A stretch of DNA of 64,000 bases from an uncultured Desulfuromonas sp. (GTDB lineage Bacteria > Desulfobacterota > Desulfuromonadia > Desulfuromonadales > Desulfuromonadaceae). The stretch lies in NCBI GenBank assembly GCA_964536375.1, contig CAZHXF010000001.1, positions 24,107 to 88,106 on the forward strand, in the 5' to 3' direction. The translations under genes were made by a program, and so were the position numbers. Positions 29,283-38,659 of this stretch are shown piece by piece. Position 1 is the stretch's first letter. The number at the start of each line of letters is the position of its first letter. A model generated the notes under the pieces. The model saw nothing but the letters and a program-made list of their open reading frames with translations. It was not told where the DNA came from and searched no databases.

Positions 29283-30998
29283 ATGCGTTTAACTAATTTT
29301 TTGCTCCCTACCTTGAAAGAGTCCCCTGCTGATGCCGAGATTGCCAGCCATAAACTGATGCTGCGCGCCGGGATGATCCGCAAGGTTGCGGCTGGTATTT
29401 ATACCTATCTGCCTCTGGGCTTGCGCTCGGTGCGCAAAGTGGAACAGATTGTCCGTCAGGAGATGGAACGTGCCGGGGCACTGGAGCTGTTGATGCCTAT
29501 GGTGGTACCCGCTGAATTGTGGCAGGAGTCCGGGCGCTGGGAGCAGTATGGTAAAGAGTTGCTGCGTATGCGTGATCGAAAAGATACCCAGTTCTGCCTG
29601 AGCCCGACCCATGAAGAGGTTATTACCGATGTAGTGCGTGGCACTGTGCGCTCTTATCGCCAGTTGCCGCTCAATCTGTATCAGATTCAGGGCAAGTTTC
29701 GCGATGAAATCCGTCCTCGCTTTGGCTTGATGCGTGGGCGGGAGTTTATCATGAAGGATGCTTATTCCTTTGATCTTGATGACGCAGGGGCTGACAGTTC
29801 TTATGATAAAATGTACCAGGCTTACCAGAATATATTCAAGCGCTGTGGTCTGAAGTTTCGGGCAGTAGAGGCGGATACTGGTAATATAGGTGGTTCCTCA
29901 TCGCACGAATTTATGGTGCTGGCAGATTCTGGTGAAGACGCTATCGTCTCCTGTGGTAAGTGCGATTATGCTGCCAATGTTGAAAAAGCGCAGATTCGCT
30001 TGGAACAGCAGGAAATCAGCCAGCCTCAGGGTGAAGTTACTCTGGTGGCAACGCCGGGCAAGAAAACCATTGCCGAGGTCGCTGAGTTTCTCAATGTGGA
30101 CACAAGTCGTTTGATTAAAACTCTGTTGGTGCAAACCGATAGTGGCGAGCGTTTAGCGGTTCTGTTGCGCGGCGATCATGAGCTTAACGAAATAAAGCTG
30201 TGCCGTATTTTGGATTGCCTTGAGGTCGAGATGGTGGAGGAGGCCGCCGTGGTGGAGATGACTGGTGCGCCCAGTGGTTTTGCCGGTCCTATCGGCTTGC
30301 AGTGTCGGATTATTGCTGATCACGCTGTGTGCTCCATGGTCGATTGTGTAGTCGGTGCGAATGCCAAGGATAGCCACTGCGTCGGGGTTAATCCTGGTCG
30401 TGATTTTCAAGTGGAACAATTTGTTGATTTGCGTCAGGCGCAAGCTGGTGATGGTTGCCCGCGTTGTAACGGATTATTACAGAGTTGGCGCGGTATTGAG
30501 GTCGGGCACGTGTTCAAGCTCGGCAGTAAATATTCTCAAGCGATGGGGGCAACGGTACTGGATAGGAACGGTAAGGATGTCCCCTTAGTGATGGGTTGTT
30601 ATGGCATTGGTATCGGGCGTACTGTGGCTGCCGCTATTGAGCAGAACCATGATGATAACGGCATTGTGTTTCCTATGCCCATAGCACCGTTTCAGGTGCT
30701 GATCACCTTGCTTAATCCCAAAGATGAGCAGGTGGTGAGCGCGGGTAATGAGCTGTATGGGCAGTTGTTACAAGCAGGAATTGAGGTGCTGCTCGACGAC
30801 CGTGATGAGCGTCCGGGGAGCAAGTTCAAAGATGCCGACCTCATCGGTATTCCTATCCGGGTAACGGTAGGCAATCGCGCACTAAAAGAGGGTCAATTCG
30901 AAGTTCAATTGCGCGCAGGTGGTGAACGGGAAATGATGGCGATAGCTGAAACGGCAGCGTGGCTAATTGAAGAAGTGCAACGCCAACTTGCGGGATAG
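29283..30998 (+). CDS. proS: Proline--tRNA ligase (bacterial type with INS editing domain)
   Basis: The family N-terminus is MRLTNFLLPTLKESPADAEIASHKLMLRAGMIRK, with class II motifs (FRDEIRPRFGLMRGREF, GCYGIGIGR). The ATG at 29283 has an AAAGGAAG RBS. The ORF-track start at 29214 is an extension. Confidence 0.95.
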   Translation: MRLTNFLLPTLKESPADAEIASHKLMLRAGMIRKVAAGIYTYLPLGLRSVRKVEQIVRQEMERAGALELLMPMVVPAELWQESGRWEQYGKELLRMRDRKDTQFCLSPTHEEVITDVVRGTVRSYRQLPLNLYQIQGKFRDEIRPRFGLMRGREFIMKDAYSFDLDDAGADSSYDKMYQAYQNIFKRCGLKFRAVEADTGNIGGSSSHEFMVLADSGEDAIVSCGKCDYAANVEKAQIRLEQQEISQPQGEVTLVATPGKKTIAEVAEFLNVDTSRLIKTLLVQTDSGERLAVLLRGDHELNEIKLCRILDCLEVEMVEEAAVVEMTGAPSGFAGPIGLQCRIIADHAVCSMVDCVVGANAKDSHCVGVNPGRDFQVEQFVDLRQAQAGDGCPRCNGLLQSWRGIEVGHVFKLGSKYSQAMGATVLDRNGKDVPLVMGCYGIGIGRTVAAAIEQNHDDNGIVFPMPIAPFQVLITLLNPKDEQVVSAGNELYGQLLQAGIEVLLDDRDERPGSKFKDADLIGIPIRVTVGNRALKEGQFEVQLRAGGEREMMAIAETAAWLIEEVQRQLAG

Positions 30999-31001
30999 CC
31001 A

Positions 31002-32228
31002 ATGTATAAAGTAAATATTGATATTAGCGGTAGGGTGGATTTGCCCCGGCGAATAGTGGCTGCGTTAGAGTCACATGAGCTGGTGATTACGTCTGCGTCG
31101 ACGCAGCACATTTTTCTGGCAGTAGATGGGGTCGGTGAGCCGAGCATGACTGCCTCTCTCGCCAGTGTCGGCGTCGCTGATGTGCTATCGTTTTTCAATA
31201 TGTTTCGCAAAACTGGTATTTTGTATTTTGATCTATCTGATGGTGAACGCCGGGTATATTTTCAGGATGGCGAAATTATCTATGCCAGCAGTCAGCGTTT
31301 TGTGGAAGATATCGGCGAAATATTGTGTGAGTTGGGTAAGATTAAGCGCCCAGCGCTGACCGAGGTGCGTGCTAAAATGGAGCCAGGGTCGGTGTTGAGC
31401 AAAGTGCTGGTGCATGAAAATTTAATAGCAGCTCGTGACCTATGGTTGGCAACGCGTAGCCAAGTGGAGGCGATTGTGTACAATTTGTTCACCTATGAAG
31501 ATGGTGGCTGTTACTTTGTAGCGCAGGAGCTGCAGCGTGACGATATTGTCCGCTTGTCTATGAGTACGCAAAATTTGATCATGGAAGGTTTGCGGCGAAT
31601 TGACGAGCGCGCTTTGTATTTGCGTAAATTGCGTTCTTTCGAAGAGGTTATAGCCTATAGCGGCAAATCTCCGGCAGGGCTAGAAGATGATGAAAAAGTG
31701 ATCATGGGTTTTCTCTACTCTGTCTCGGCCACGGTTGGACAGTTGGTTTCTCGTAGCGGGTTATCGGAATTCGATGGTCTGCGTGTGCTCTACCAGTTGG
31801 CGGATAAGAAAATGATTGAGATTACCCCACCCACCCAGACACCATTAAATCCGGCGTTTCAGGAGTTGTTTGATGTGTATAACGGGGTACTGAATCTGTT
31901 TTTTGAGTGTTTGAGTGGTTCACTACGAGGTTTTGTCGAAGATGTTAATCGCTTTTTGCGTGAAATTCCGCATCCTATGATCTATGTGTTACGCGGTGTC
32001 AGCCTAGAGAAAGATGGCACTGTAGATGGAGTCAAAATTGTCAAAAATCTCAGCGGGCTTGAGTTGCTTGAACAGAAAAAGCTGGTAGCCGAGGCGTTGA
32101 ACGAGCTGATCTTTATGGAGAGCGCCATGGCACGGCGATCTTTGGGTGCGCAGGGAAGCGGTGAATTGATCAAACGCGTGCAGGAGATAATGGTTCGTGC
32201 TAAACGTTTGGTGGTTGAGGAGGGTTGA
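31002..32228 (+). CDS. DUF4388 (PatA-N/PATAN-like) domain protein of unknown function
   Basis: The segment ADVLSFFNMFRKTGILYFDLSDGERRVYFQDGEIIYASS matches the DUF4388 pattern. The remaining roughly 280 aa have no motif I recognise. Confidence 0.55.
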   Translation: MYKVNIDISGRVDLPRRIVAALESHELVITSASTQHIFLAVDGVGEPSMTASLASVGVADVLSFFNMFRKTGILYFDLSDGERRVYFQDGEIIYASSQRFVEDIGEILCELGKIKRPALTEVRAKMEPGSVLSKVLVHENLIAARDLWLATRSQVEAIVYNLFTYEDGGCYFVAQELQRDDIVRLSMSTQNLIMEGLRRIDERALYLRKLRSFEEVIAYSGKSPAGLEDDEKVIMGFLYSVSATVGQLVSRSGLSEFDGLRVLYQLADKKMIEITPPTQTPLNPAFQELFDVYNGVLNLFFECLSGSLRGFVEDVNRFLREIPHPMIYVLRGVSLEKDGTVDGVKIVKNLSGLELLEQKKLVAEALNELIFMESAMARRSLGAQGSGELIKRVQEIMVRAKRLVVEEG

Positions 32229-32231
32229 TCC

Positions 32232-32969
32232 ATGAAAGAACGGCTGATATTCGCTTTGGATGTTGATGATTTTGATCAGGCACGTCAATGGGTGCGCCTG
32301 TTGCACACTGAGGTTGGTGTGTTTAAGATAGGCAAACAGCTGTTTACTCGCTGTGGTCCAGATGTGGTGCACATGGTGCGCGAAGAAGGGGGCGAAGTGT
32401 TCCTTGATCTTAAGTACCACGACATTCCCAATACTGTGGCTAAAGCTGGAATCGAAGCGGCACGGCTGGGGGTAAAAATGTTCAATGTTCATGCTTTGGG
32501 CGGGGTCAGTATGATGCAGCGCACTGTTGCAGAGCTGAAACAGGCAGCAATAAGTGAGGGTTTTGCCCTGCCGATAGTGCTTGGGGTAACTATTTTGACA
32601 TCGAGCTCCGATGCTGATCTTCAAGAGTTGGGAATATATAGGCCGGTAAGCGAAATGGTGCCGCTGTTGGCTAATTTGGCAAAACAGTCTGGTTTGGATG
32701 GTGTGGTTGCTTCAGCTCAGGAGGTGCCATTGATTCGTGCGGCTTGTGGTGGTGATTTTGTGGTGGTGACTCCCGGGGTGCGCCCACCTACTGCTAGCAA
32801 GGATGATCAATGTCGGATAATGACCCCGGAGCAGGCTATCAGAGCTGGTGCTGACTATCTGGTTGTTGGTCGTCCTATTTCTCAGGCTATCGATCCGACC
32901 GCGGCTGCACGTGAGATTATAGAACAGATGACTGCTGGTGCTGAACCGGCAGTTAATGGGGTAGTGTAG
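32232..32969 (+). CDS. pyrF: Orotidine 5'-phosphate decarboxylase
   Basis: LIFALDV, KIGKQLF and DLKYHDIPNTV are present (catalytic DxKxxD region), along with the C-terminal YLVVGRPI. Confidence 0.93.
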   Translation: MKERLIFALDVDDFDQARQWVRLLHTEVGVFKIGKQLFTRCGPDVVHMVREEGGEVFLDLKYHDIPNTVAKAGIEAARLGVKMFNVHALGGVSMMQRTVAELKQAAISEGFALPIVLGVTILTSSSDADLQELGIYRPVSEMVPLLANLAKQSGLDGVVASAQEVPLIRAACGGDFVVVTPGVRPPTASKDDQCRIMTPEQAIRAGADYLVVGRPISQAIDPTAAAREIIEQMTAGAEPAVNGVV

Positions 32970-33719
32970 GTGGCAGAGTATATATATGGTCTGAATGCAG
33001 TGACCGAAGCTTTGGTGCAGCAGCGGGGTCTTACCACCGTGTGGGTAATCGCTGGCGAAGCCAAACAACGGATACAGATGGTTCTGGAGTTGGCTCAACA
33101 GCATGGGGTGGTTGTTAAGCAGGTGCCTCGCTTAACTTTGGAGCAATTGGTTGGTGATGTCGGTCATCAGGGTGTGGTAGCGAAACTCCAGCCAGCTGGA
33201 GCCAGTGTGTCGTTGGCGGCCGTGTTGCAAGCTGTGCCCAGTGGTAGCAGGTTTTTCTTGATCCTTGATGGGGTGACCGATCCGCATAATTTTGGGGCTC
33301 TGATTCGCTCCGCTGCCGCAGCTGGTTGTGAAGCGGTGATTGTTGCCAAGGACCGTTCCTGCCCAATGACTGCTGTGGTAGAAAAAGCAGCTGCTGGTGC
33401 CGTTGCGCACGTAAAAATTTGTCGGGTAACCAATTTGGTTCGAGCTATGGAAGAACTGAAGCAGGCCGGGGTGTGGATATACGGCTTAGCGGGGGAGGAG
33501 AGTAGCTCCATTTACTCGGTAGATTTAAGCGGTGACGTGGCCTTGGTAGCCGGTAGTGAAGGTAAGGGCTTGCGCCCGCTGGTGCGCAAAGGTTGTGATG
33601 GTATCGTCTCCATTCCCATGCCGGGCGCTATACAGTCCTTGAATGTATCGGTAGCCAGTGGTGTTGCCTTGTTTGAGGTGGTGCGCCAGAAACTGCTTCA
33701 GTTAAAGAGCTTGAAGTAA
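32970..33719 (+). CDS. rlmB: 23S rRNA (guanosine-2'-O)-methyltransferase, SpoU/TrmH family (RlmB-like)
   Basis: An N-terminal substrate-binding domain (IYGLNAVTEAL) is followed by SPOUT motifs (LDGVTDPHNFGALIRSA, GSEGKGLR, IPMPGAIQSLNVSVA). The GTG start abuts the pyrF stop. Confidence 0.85.
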   Translation: MAEYIYGLNAVTEALVQQRGLTTVWVIAGEAKQRIQMVLELAQQHGVVVKQVPRLTLEQLVGDVGHQGVVAKLQPAGASVSLAAVLQAVPSGSRFFLILDGVTDPHNFGALIRSAAAAGCEAVIVAKDRSCPMTAVVEKAAAGAVAHVKICRVTNLVRAMEELKQAGVWIYGLAGEESSSIYSVDLSGDVALVAGSEGKGLRPLVRKGCDGIVSIPMPGAIQSLNVSVASGVALFEVVRQKLLQLKSLK

Positions 33720-33757
33720 CAGATTCGGAAGAAAAAAACAAAACCGATAAAAGGTTA

Positions 33758-33786
33758 TTGACAGCGGCAAGGTAATCATTTATAAG
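33758..33786 (+). promoter_or_regulatory. Candidate sigma70 promoter P1 of the tRNA-tuf operon
   Basis: TTGACA, a 17-nt spacer, then TATAAG. An A-rich tract (GAAGAAAAAAACAAAACCGATAAAAGG) upstream resembles an UP element. Confidence 0.55.
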
Positions 33787-33831
33787 TCTCAACGCTTGGC
33801 GCACTTGAAGCTTTTATTTAGAAATTAATAC

Positions 33832-33860
33832 TTGCAATGCCGAGGCCGGTGTTGTATAGA
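33832..33860 (+). promoter_or_regulatory. Candidate sigma70 promoter P2 of the tRNA-tuf operon
   Basis: TTGCAA, a 17-nt spacer, then TATAGA. This ends 12 nt before the first tRNA. Confidence 0.5.
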
Positions 33861-33872
33861 TTGCGACTCTGT

Positions 33873-33948
33873 GCTGGCGTAGCTCAATAGGCAGAGCACC
33901 TCACTTGTAATGAGGATGTTGGGGGTTCAATTCCTCTCGCCAGCTCCA
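33873..33948 (+). tRNA. thrU: tRNA-Thr (anticodon UGU)
   Basis: 76 nt. Acceptor GCTGGCG/CGCCAGC, anticodon loop CTTGTAA, T-loop TTCAATT, encoded CCA. Confidence 0.92.
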
Positions 33949-33988
33949 AAGAAAAGTAAATGGGCGCAAGCCTTTCAGAACGTCCCCT

Positions 33989-34073
33989 GGAGGGGTTCCC
34001 GAGTGGCCAAAGGGATCAGACTGTAAATCTGCCGTCGTAGACTTCGGAGGTTCGAATCCTCCCCCCTCCACCA
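33989..34073 (+). tRNA. tyrU: tRNA-Tyr (anticodon GUA), class II with a long variable arm
   Basis: 85 nt. Acceptor GGAGGGG/CCCCTCC, anticodon loop CTGTAAA, T-loop TTCGAAT, encoded CCA. Confidence 0.92.
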
Positions 34074-34180
34074 TAATTTCATATCGGACGAAAACAGTCT
34101 GGCTAGTGCAGGAGCATGTTTGATGCGTTTACTGCCTAGTCGGGTTGGGCTAGTCCTTGGTGTAAAAGTCTGAATTTTGT

Positions 34181-34257
34181 GCGGGAATAGCTCAGTTGGC
34201 TAGAGCATCAGCCTTCCAAGCTGAGGGTCGCGGGTTCGAGTCCCGTTTCCCGCTCCA
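34181..34257 (+). tRNA. glyT: tRNA-Gly (anticodon UCC)
   Basis: 77 nt. Acceptor GCGGGAA/TTCCCGC, anticodon loop CTTCCAA, T-loop TTCGAGT, encoded CCA. Confidence 0.92.
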
Positions 34258-34288
34258 TTTAAGAACATGTAGTCTTAATCGGGATTGT

Positions 34289-34364
<76 letters not shown>

Positions 34365-34464
34365 CTGACTGTATGTTTATAATTCAGAAGGACTGTCGGA
34401 AAGAATCTTGTTGGCCGAAGTTTAATTATCGTGAAAATGTATTTAGATCGAGAGGAATAAGTTC

Positions 34465-35655
34465 ATGGCAAAGCAAAAGTTTGAAAGAAATAAGCCACAT
34501 GTCAACATTGGTACAATTGGCCACGTTGACCATGGCAAGACAACATTAACTGCAGCGATAACCAAAGTAATGGCTGGTAAAGGTCTTGCTGAGATGCGTG
34601 ACTTTGATCAAATTGACAACGCTCCTGAAGAGCGCGAGCGCGGCATTACTATCGCCACCTCTCACGTTGAATATGAGACTGAAGCCCGTCACTACGCTCA
34701 CGTAGACTGCCCGGGTCACGCTGACTATGTTAAAAACATGATCACCGGTGCTGCGCAGATGGATGGCGCAATTCTGGTAGTATCGGCAGCAGACGGTCCT
34801 ATGCCACAGACTCGTGAGCACATCCTGCTCGCCCGTCAGGTTGGCGTTCCTGCTATTGTCGTATTTCTTAATAAAGCCGACATGGTCGACGACGAAGAGC
34901 TGATGGAGTTGGTAGAGCTTGAAGTGCGTGAGCTGCTTTCAGCTTATGACTACCCCGGTGATGATCTGCCGATCGTAGCAGGTTCAGCACTCAAGGCACT
35001 TCAGTGCGCTACCGGCGAGCCTGATGAGGATCCAATCCTTGAGTTGATGAAGCAGGTTGATGAATATATACCAGAGCCAGAACGTGCAGTAAACCTGCCA
35101 TTCCTGATGCCAGTAGAAGACGTATTCTCTATCTCAGGACGTGGAACAGTAGCTACAGGGCGTATCGAGCGCGGCATTATCAAAGTAGGTGAAGAAGTTG
35201 AGATTGTTGGCATGAAAGCCACCACCAAGACTACAGTAACCGGCGTGGAGATGTTCCGTAAGCTTCTCGATCAAGGCCAGGCTGGCGACAACGTTGGACT
35301 ATTGCTGCGCGGTGTTAAACGTGAAGACATTGAGCGTGGGCAAGTACTGGCCAAGCCAGGCAGCATTACGCCCCACACTCGCTTTAAAGCAGAAGCATAT
35401 ATTCTGACCAAAGAAGAAGGTGGTCGTCATACGCCATTTTTCAAAGGCTACCGTCCACAATTTTACTTCCGCACAACAGATGTAACCGGAATCGTAGAAT
35501 TGCCCGAAGGTGTCGAGATGGTAATGCCAGGCGATAACATCGCCATGGTAGTAGACATGATCACCCCGATCGCCATGGATAAAGAGCTGCGCTTCGCTAT
35601 TCGCGAAGGTGGTCGTACCGTTGGTGCCGGTGTTGTTAGTGAAATTATTGAGTAG
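34465..35655 (+). CDS. tuf: Translation elongation factor Tu, copy 1 (tufB-like position after the tRNA cluster)
   Basis: 396 aa with [14 protein letters not shown] and NKAD. The protein is identical to the copy at 50549-51739. Confidence 0.98.
   Translation: MAKQKFERNKPHVNIGTIGHVDHGKTTLTAAITKVMAGKGLAEMRDFDQIDNAPEERERGITIATSHVEYETEARHYAHVDCPGHADYVKNMITGAAQMDGAILVVSAADGPMPQTREHILLARQVGVPAIVVFLNKADMVDDEELMELVELEVRELLSAYDYPGDDLPIVAGSALKALQCATGEPDEDPILELMKQVDEYIPEPERAVNLPFLMPVEDVFSISGRGTVATGRIERGIIKVGEEVEIVGMKATTKTTVTGVEMFRKLLDQGQAGDNVGLLLRGVKREDIERGQVLAKPGSITPHTRFKAEAYILTKEEGGRHTPFFKGYRPQFYFRTTDVTGIVELPEGVEMVMPGDNIAMVVDMITPIAMDKELRFAIREGGRTVGAGVVSEIIE
34567..35654 (+). repeat. 1,088-nt tract identical to 50651-51738 (tuf/tuf gene-conversion tract)
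   Basis: I compared the two copies line by line at an offset of 16,084 nt and saw no differences in this tract. The first 102 nt of the two genes differ at 5 synonymous sites, and the stop codons differ (TAG versus TAA). Confidence 0.85.
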
Positions 35656-35720
35656 TTAAGTATTATATTTTCTTGCTTCATGGTCACCATGATTATGGAG
35701 TATGAAAGCGGAGATAAAAC

Positions 35721-35870
35721 ATGAGTGACATAGTAACTCTTGCTTGCACCGAGTGTAAGCGCAGAAATTATACGACGACCAAGAACAAACGCAATCTTCC
35801 AGATCGTCTGGAGTTTAAGAAATATTGTCGTTTCGACCGTCGTCATACTATCCATCGTGAGACTAAATAG
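35721..35870 (+). CDS. rpmG: 50S ribosomal protein L33 (bL33)
   Basis: This 49-aa ORF is below the track cutoff. It translates as [49 protein letters not shown], the canonical L33 sequence pattern. A GGAG lies upstream. Confidence 0.9.
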   Translation: MSDIVTLACTECKRRNYTTTKNKRNLPDRLEFKKYCRFDRRHTIHRETK

Positions 35871-35903
35871 CGACACGTTGAGTTAGTTGTTAATTATTGT
35901 TGC

Positions 35904-35980
35904 AGGCCAGTAGCTCTAATGGCTAGAGCACCGGTCTCCAAAACCGGGTGTTGTGGGTTCGAGTCCCTCCTGGCCTGCCA
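35904..35980 (+). tRNA. trpT: tRNA-Trp (anticodon CCA)
   Basis: 77 nt. Acceptor AGGCCAG/CTGGCCT, anticodon loop CTCCAAA, T-loop TTCGAGT, encoded CCA. There is one U-U mismatch in the T-stem. Confidence 0.88.
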
Positions 35981-36010
35981 ATTTAATTTGTCATCTTTGA
36001 GGTTTCTATC

Positions 36011-36199
36011 GTGATAGCTAATGTCTCAGGTTTTCTGAGAAACGTTAAAAGCGAACTGGAAAAAGTAACTTGGCCTACCAAAAAGGATACCTACGCTTCT
36101 ACCTATGTAGTAATTGCTTTCGTAGTGTTGGTGGCAATTTTTCTTTGGGGTGTCGATAGTGTGTTGTCGGTGCTGATTAAAAAGTTGCTCAGTATATAG
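36011..36199 (+). CDS. secE: Preprotein translocase subunit SecE
   Basis: 62 aa with a single TM helix. The ELEKVTWPTKKD motif is typical of short SecE, and the gene lies upstream of nusG. Confidence 0.88.
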   Translation: MIANVSGFLRNVKSELEKVTWPTKKDTYASTYVVIAFVVLVAIFLWGVDSVLSVLIKKLLSI

Positions 36200-36211
36200 G
36201 ACGCAATAATT

Positions 36212-36745
36212 ATGGCAATGAAGTGGTATGGAGTACACACGTATTCTGGATTTGAGTATAAAGTAAAGCTCAGTCTGGAAGAGCGTATACGGATGATGGG
36301 TGTTGAGGATCAGTTTGGTGAGATCCTTGTTCCTTCCGAAGCTGTGGTGGAATTAAAAAATGGCGAGAGGAAGACTTCTACACGCAAGTTTTTCCCCGGC
36401 TATATTTTAGTTCAACTAGAGCTAGATAGCGAGACTTGGCATGTCGTTAAAGATACGGCTAAGGTGACCGGTTTTGTTGGCGGAGGTACTTCTCCTCCAC
36501 CTATTCCTGATGCTGAAGTAGCTAAAATAATGGCGCGGATGGAAGAGGGTGCTGAGAAGCCGAAGCCAAAAGTGCTTTATGGGGTTGGCGAGACGGTGCG
36601 GGTTGTCGATGGTCCATTTCTTAATTTTACAGGTGTGGTTGAAGACGTCAATCCTGACAAGGGTAAACTGAAAGTAATGGTTAGTATTTTTGGTCGGGTT
36701 ACCCCTGTTGAATTGGATTTTATACAGGTAGAGAAGACCAGCTAG
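36212..36745 (+). CDS. nusG: Transcription termination/antitermination factor NusG
   Basis: The NGN domain begins [14 protein letters not shown], and the C-terminal KOW has [21 protein letters not shown]. Confidence 0.96.
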   Translation: MAMKWYGVHTYSGFEYKVKLSLEERIRMMGVEDQFGEILVPSEAVVELKNGERKTSTRKFFPGYILVQLELDSETWHVVKDTAKVTGFVGGGTSPPPIPDAEVAKIMARMEEGAEKPKPKVLYGVGETVRVVDGPFLNFTGVVEDVNPDKGKLKVMVSIFGRVTPVELDFIQVEKTS

Positions 36746-36773
36746 TCTGGAATAATAAGTCAAGGAGCTAGTA

Positions 36774-37196
36774 ATGGCTAAAAAGGTTGTTAAGCAAATT
36801 AAGTTGCAAATTCCTGCCGGGAAAGCGAATCCATCGCCTCCAGTTGGTCCGGCACTCGGTCAAGCCGGTGTCAATATTATGGAATTTTGTAAGGCGTTTA
36901 ATGCAAAAACCCAGGATAAAGACGGCATGATAACACCTGTCGTTATAACGGTTTATGCAGATCGTTCTTTTAGTTTTGTCACTAAAACACCCCCAGCGGC
37001 AGTTTTGTTGCTTAAAGCCGCAAATATAAAGAGTGGCTCTGGGGTGCCGAATAAAACTAAAGTAGGTAAGGTTACCGTGGATCAGGTGCGTGAGATAGCA
37101 CGCCTTAAAATGCCTGATTTGAACTCTTTTGATGAAGATGCTGCATTTAGAACCATTTCTGGTACTGCGCGTAGCATGGGTCTTGAAGTCGAATAA
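36774..37196 (+). CDS. rplK: 50S ribosomal protein L11 (uL11)
   Basis: [34 protein letters not shown] is the conserved L11 N-domain. Confidence 0.97.
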   Translation: MAKKVVKQIKLQIPAGKANPSPPVGPALGQAGVNIMEFCKAFNAKTQDKDGMITPVVITVYADRSFSFVTKTPPAAVLLLKAANIKSGSGVPNKTKVGKVTVDQVREIARLKMPDLNSFDEDAAFRTISGTARSMGLEVE

Positions 37197-37213
37197 AGTT
37201 GGAGTGACAGCAA

Positions 37214-37915
37214 ATGGCAACAGCAAAAAAATACAACGCTGCAAAATCGAAGATCAACAGAGAAATTTCATATCCTCTTAACGATGCTATCGCTCTGGTG
37301 CAAGAAGTTGCCTATGTCAACTTCGATGAGACTTTAGATGTTACTGTTCGTTTAGGTGTTGACCCTCGTAAGGCGGATCAAATGGTACGTGGTGCCGTTG
37401 TTCTGCCAAATGGCTTAGGCAAGACTGTTCGTGTCCTTGTTTTTGCTAAGGGTGCAAAGGCACAAGAGGCAACGGAAGCTGGTGCGGATTTCGTTGGTGG
37501 TGACGACTTAGTAGAAAAAATTCAAGGCGGTTGGTTTGACTTTGATACTGCTATCGCTACCCCTGATATGATGGGTACAGTTGGCAAGATTGGTCGCCTG
37601 CTCGGTCCCCGTAGCTTGATGCCTAACCCGAAGGTTGGCACCGTTACCTTTGATGTTGCCCGTGCAGTATCAGAATCCAAATCAGGTAAGGTTGAGTATC
37701 GTGTTGAAAAGAACGGTATCATCCATGCGCCGGTTGGGAAGGTCTCTTTCGGTAAAGAACAACTGCAAGAAAATATCGTTACTTTAGTAGATGCACTAGT
37801 TAAGGCTAAGCCATCAACGGCTAAAGGAACTTACCTGAAGAAAATCAGTATCTCTAGCACTATGGGTCCTGGCGTTCAGGTTGATGTTGCTGAGGTTCAA
37901 GCGCTGACTAAGTAA
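37214..37915 (+). CDS. rplA: 50S ribosomal protein L1 (uL1)
   Basis: 233 aa with [24 protein letters not shown] and the expected operon position. Confidence 0.97.
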   Translation: MATAKKYNAAKSKINREISYPLNDAIALVQEVAYVNFDETLDVTVRLGVDPRKADQMVRGAVVLPNGLGKTVRVLVFAKGAKAQEATEAGADFVGGDDLVEKIQGGWFDFDTAIATPDMMGTVGKIGRLLGPRSLMPNPKVGTVTFDVARAVSESKSGKVEYRVEKNGIIHAPVGKVSFGKEQLQENIVTLVDALVKAKPSTAKGTYLKKISISSTMGPGVQVDVAEVQALTK

Positions 37916-37929
37916 TAAAGCCTTTTTTG

Positions 37930-38099
37930 GCAGATAAGTGTTTATTTGTCATTGAAGATGTTCCCTGTCTAAGACAGCAGGTACTTTTCGTTTAAAGTAT
38001 ATCGCCTGCCGAGACTGTATGAGGCCACACTGTGCTCTCCCAGTTATTTCTAGATGCAGCGGGATATGTTCTAGAAATCTAGGAAAGGAGGAAAGTTGA
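37930..38099 (+). promoter_or_regulatory. Candidate rplJ (L10) leader
   Basis: The untranslated gap between rplA and rplJ is 184 nt. A 9-bp perfect stem (ATTTCTAGA at 38046-38054, TCTAGAAAT at 38070-38078) with a 15-nt loop ends 3 nt before the AGGAAAGGAGG RBS. The assignment rests on position and analogy to autoregulatory L10 leaders. Confidence 0.4.
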
Positions 38100-38618
38100 A
38101 TGGCTATAATGACAAAAAAACAAGTAGTTGAACAATTTGCAGCGAAGCTGGCAACAGCTAAAGCAGCATTTCTGGCTGACTACCGTGGTTTGACAGTTGA
38201 TGAAGTTAACGAGCTGCGTAATAAATTGCGTGATGCTGGTGTTGAGTACCATGTTGTTAAAAACACTTTACTGCGTTTAGCTTCAAAAGATACTCCGTTT
38301 ACCTGTTGGGATGAATTTCTGACTGGACCAACGGCAATAGCAATATCTCAGAGTGATCCTGTTGCTCCGGCAAAAGTGTTGTCTGAGTATGCAAAATCCA
38401 GCAAAGTTTTCGAACTTAAAACTGGTGTTCTTGACGGTAAACTGCTGAGTAGTGATGATATTAAGGCGTTAGCTGAGTTACCAAGCCGCGAAGTATTGCT
38501 GGCAAAAATGCTTGGTTCTATCAATGCCCCAGTGTCTAATTTTGTTGGCGTACTTGCCGCGGTTCCCCGTTCTTTGGTGCAGGTTTTAGGTGCTATCCAA
38601 GAGCAAAAAGAAGCATAA
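38100..38618 (+). CDS. rplJ: 50S ribosomal protein L10 (uL10)
   Basis: 172 aa with [17 protein letters not shown] and the expected operon position. Confidence 0.96.
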   Translation: MAIMTKKQVVEQFAAKLATAKAAFLADYRGLTVDEVNELRNKLRDAGVEYHVVKNTLLRLASKDTPFTCWDEFLTGPTAIAISQSDPVAPAKVLSEYAKSSKVFELKTGVLDGKLLSSDDIKALAELPSREVLLAKMLGSINAPVSNFVGVLAAVPRSLVQVLGAIQEQKEA

Positions 38619-38659
38619 TTTTAAATTATTTTTAAGCATATAGCGTAATGGAGATTGAA

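Noticed and set aside
32004-32624. 206-aa minus-strand ORF spanning the DUF4388/pyrF junction
   Set aside because: It is antisense to two tightly packed plus-strand genes with clear family signatures. It has no motifs or RBS, so I treat it as a shadow ORF.
35656-35720. Palindrome TCATGGT-C-ACCATGA after tuf copy 1, considered as a terminator
   Set aside because: The stem would enclose a 1-nt loop, which is sterically impossible as drawn. No U-tract follows it. rpmG probably continues the transcript.
36768-37244. 158-aa minus-strand ORF opposite rplK
   Set aside because: It is antisense to the highly conserved L11 gene. Its Cys/Phe/Arg-rich nonsense-like translation marks it as a shadow ORF.
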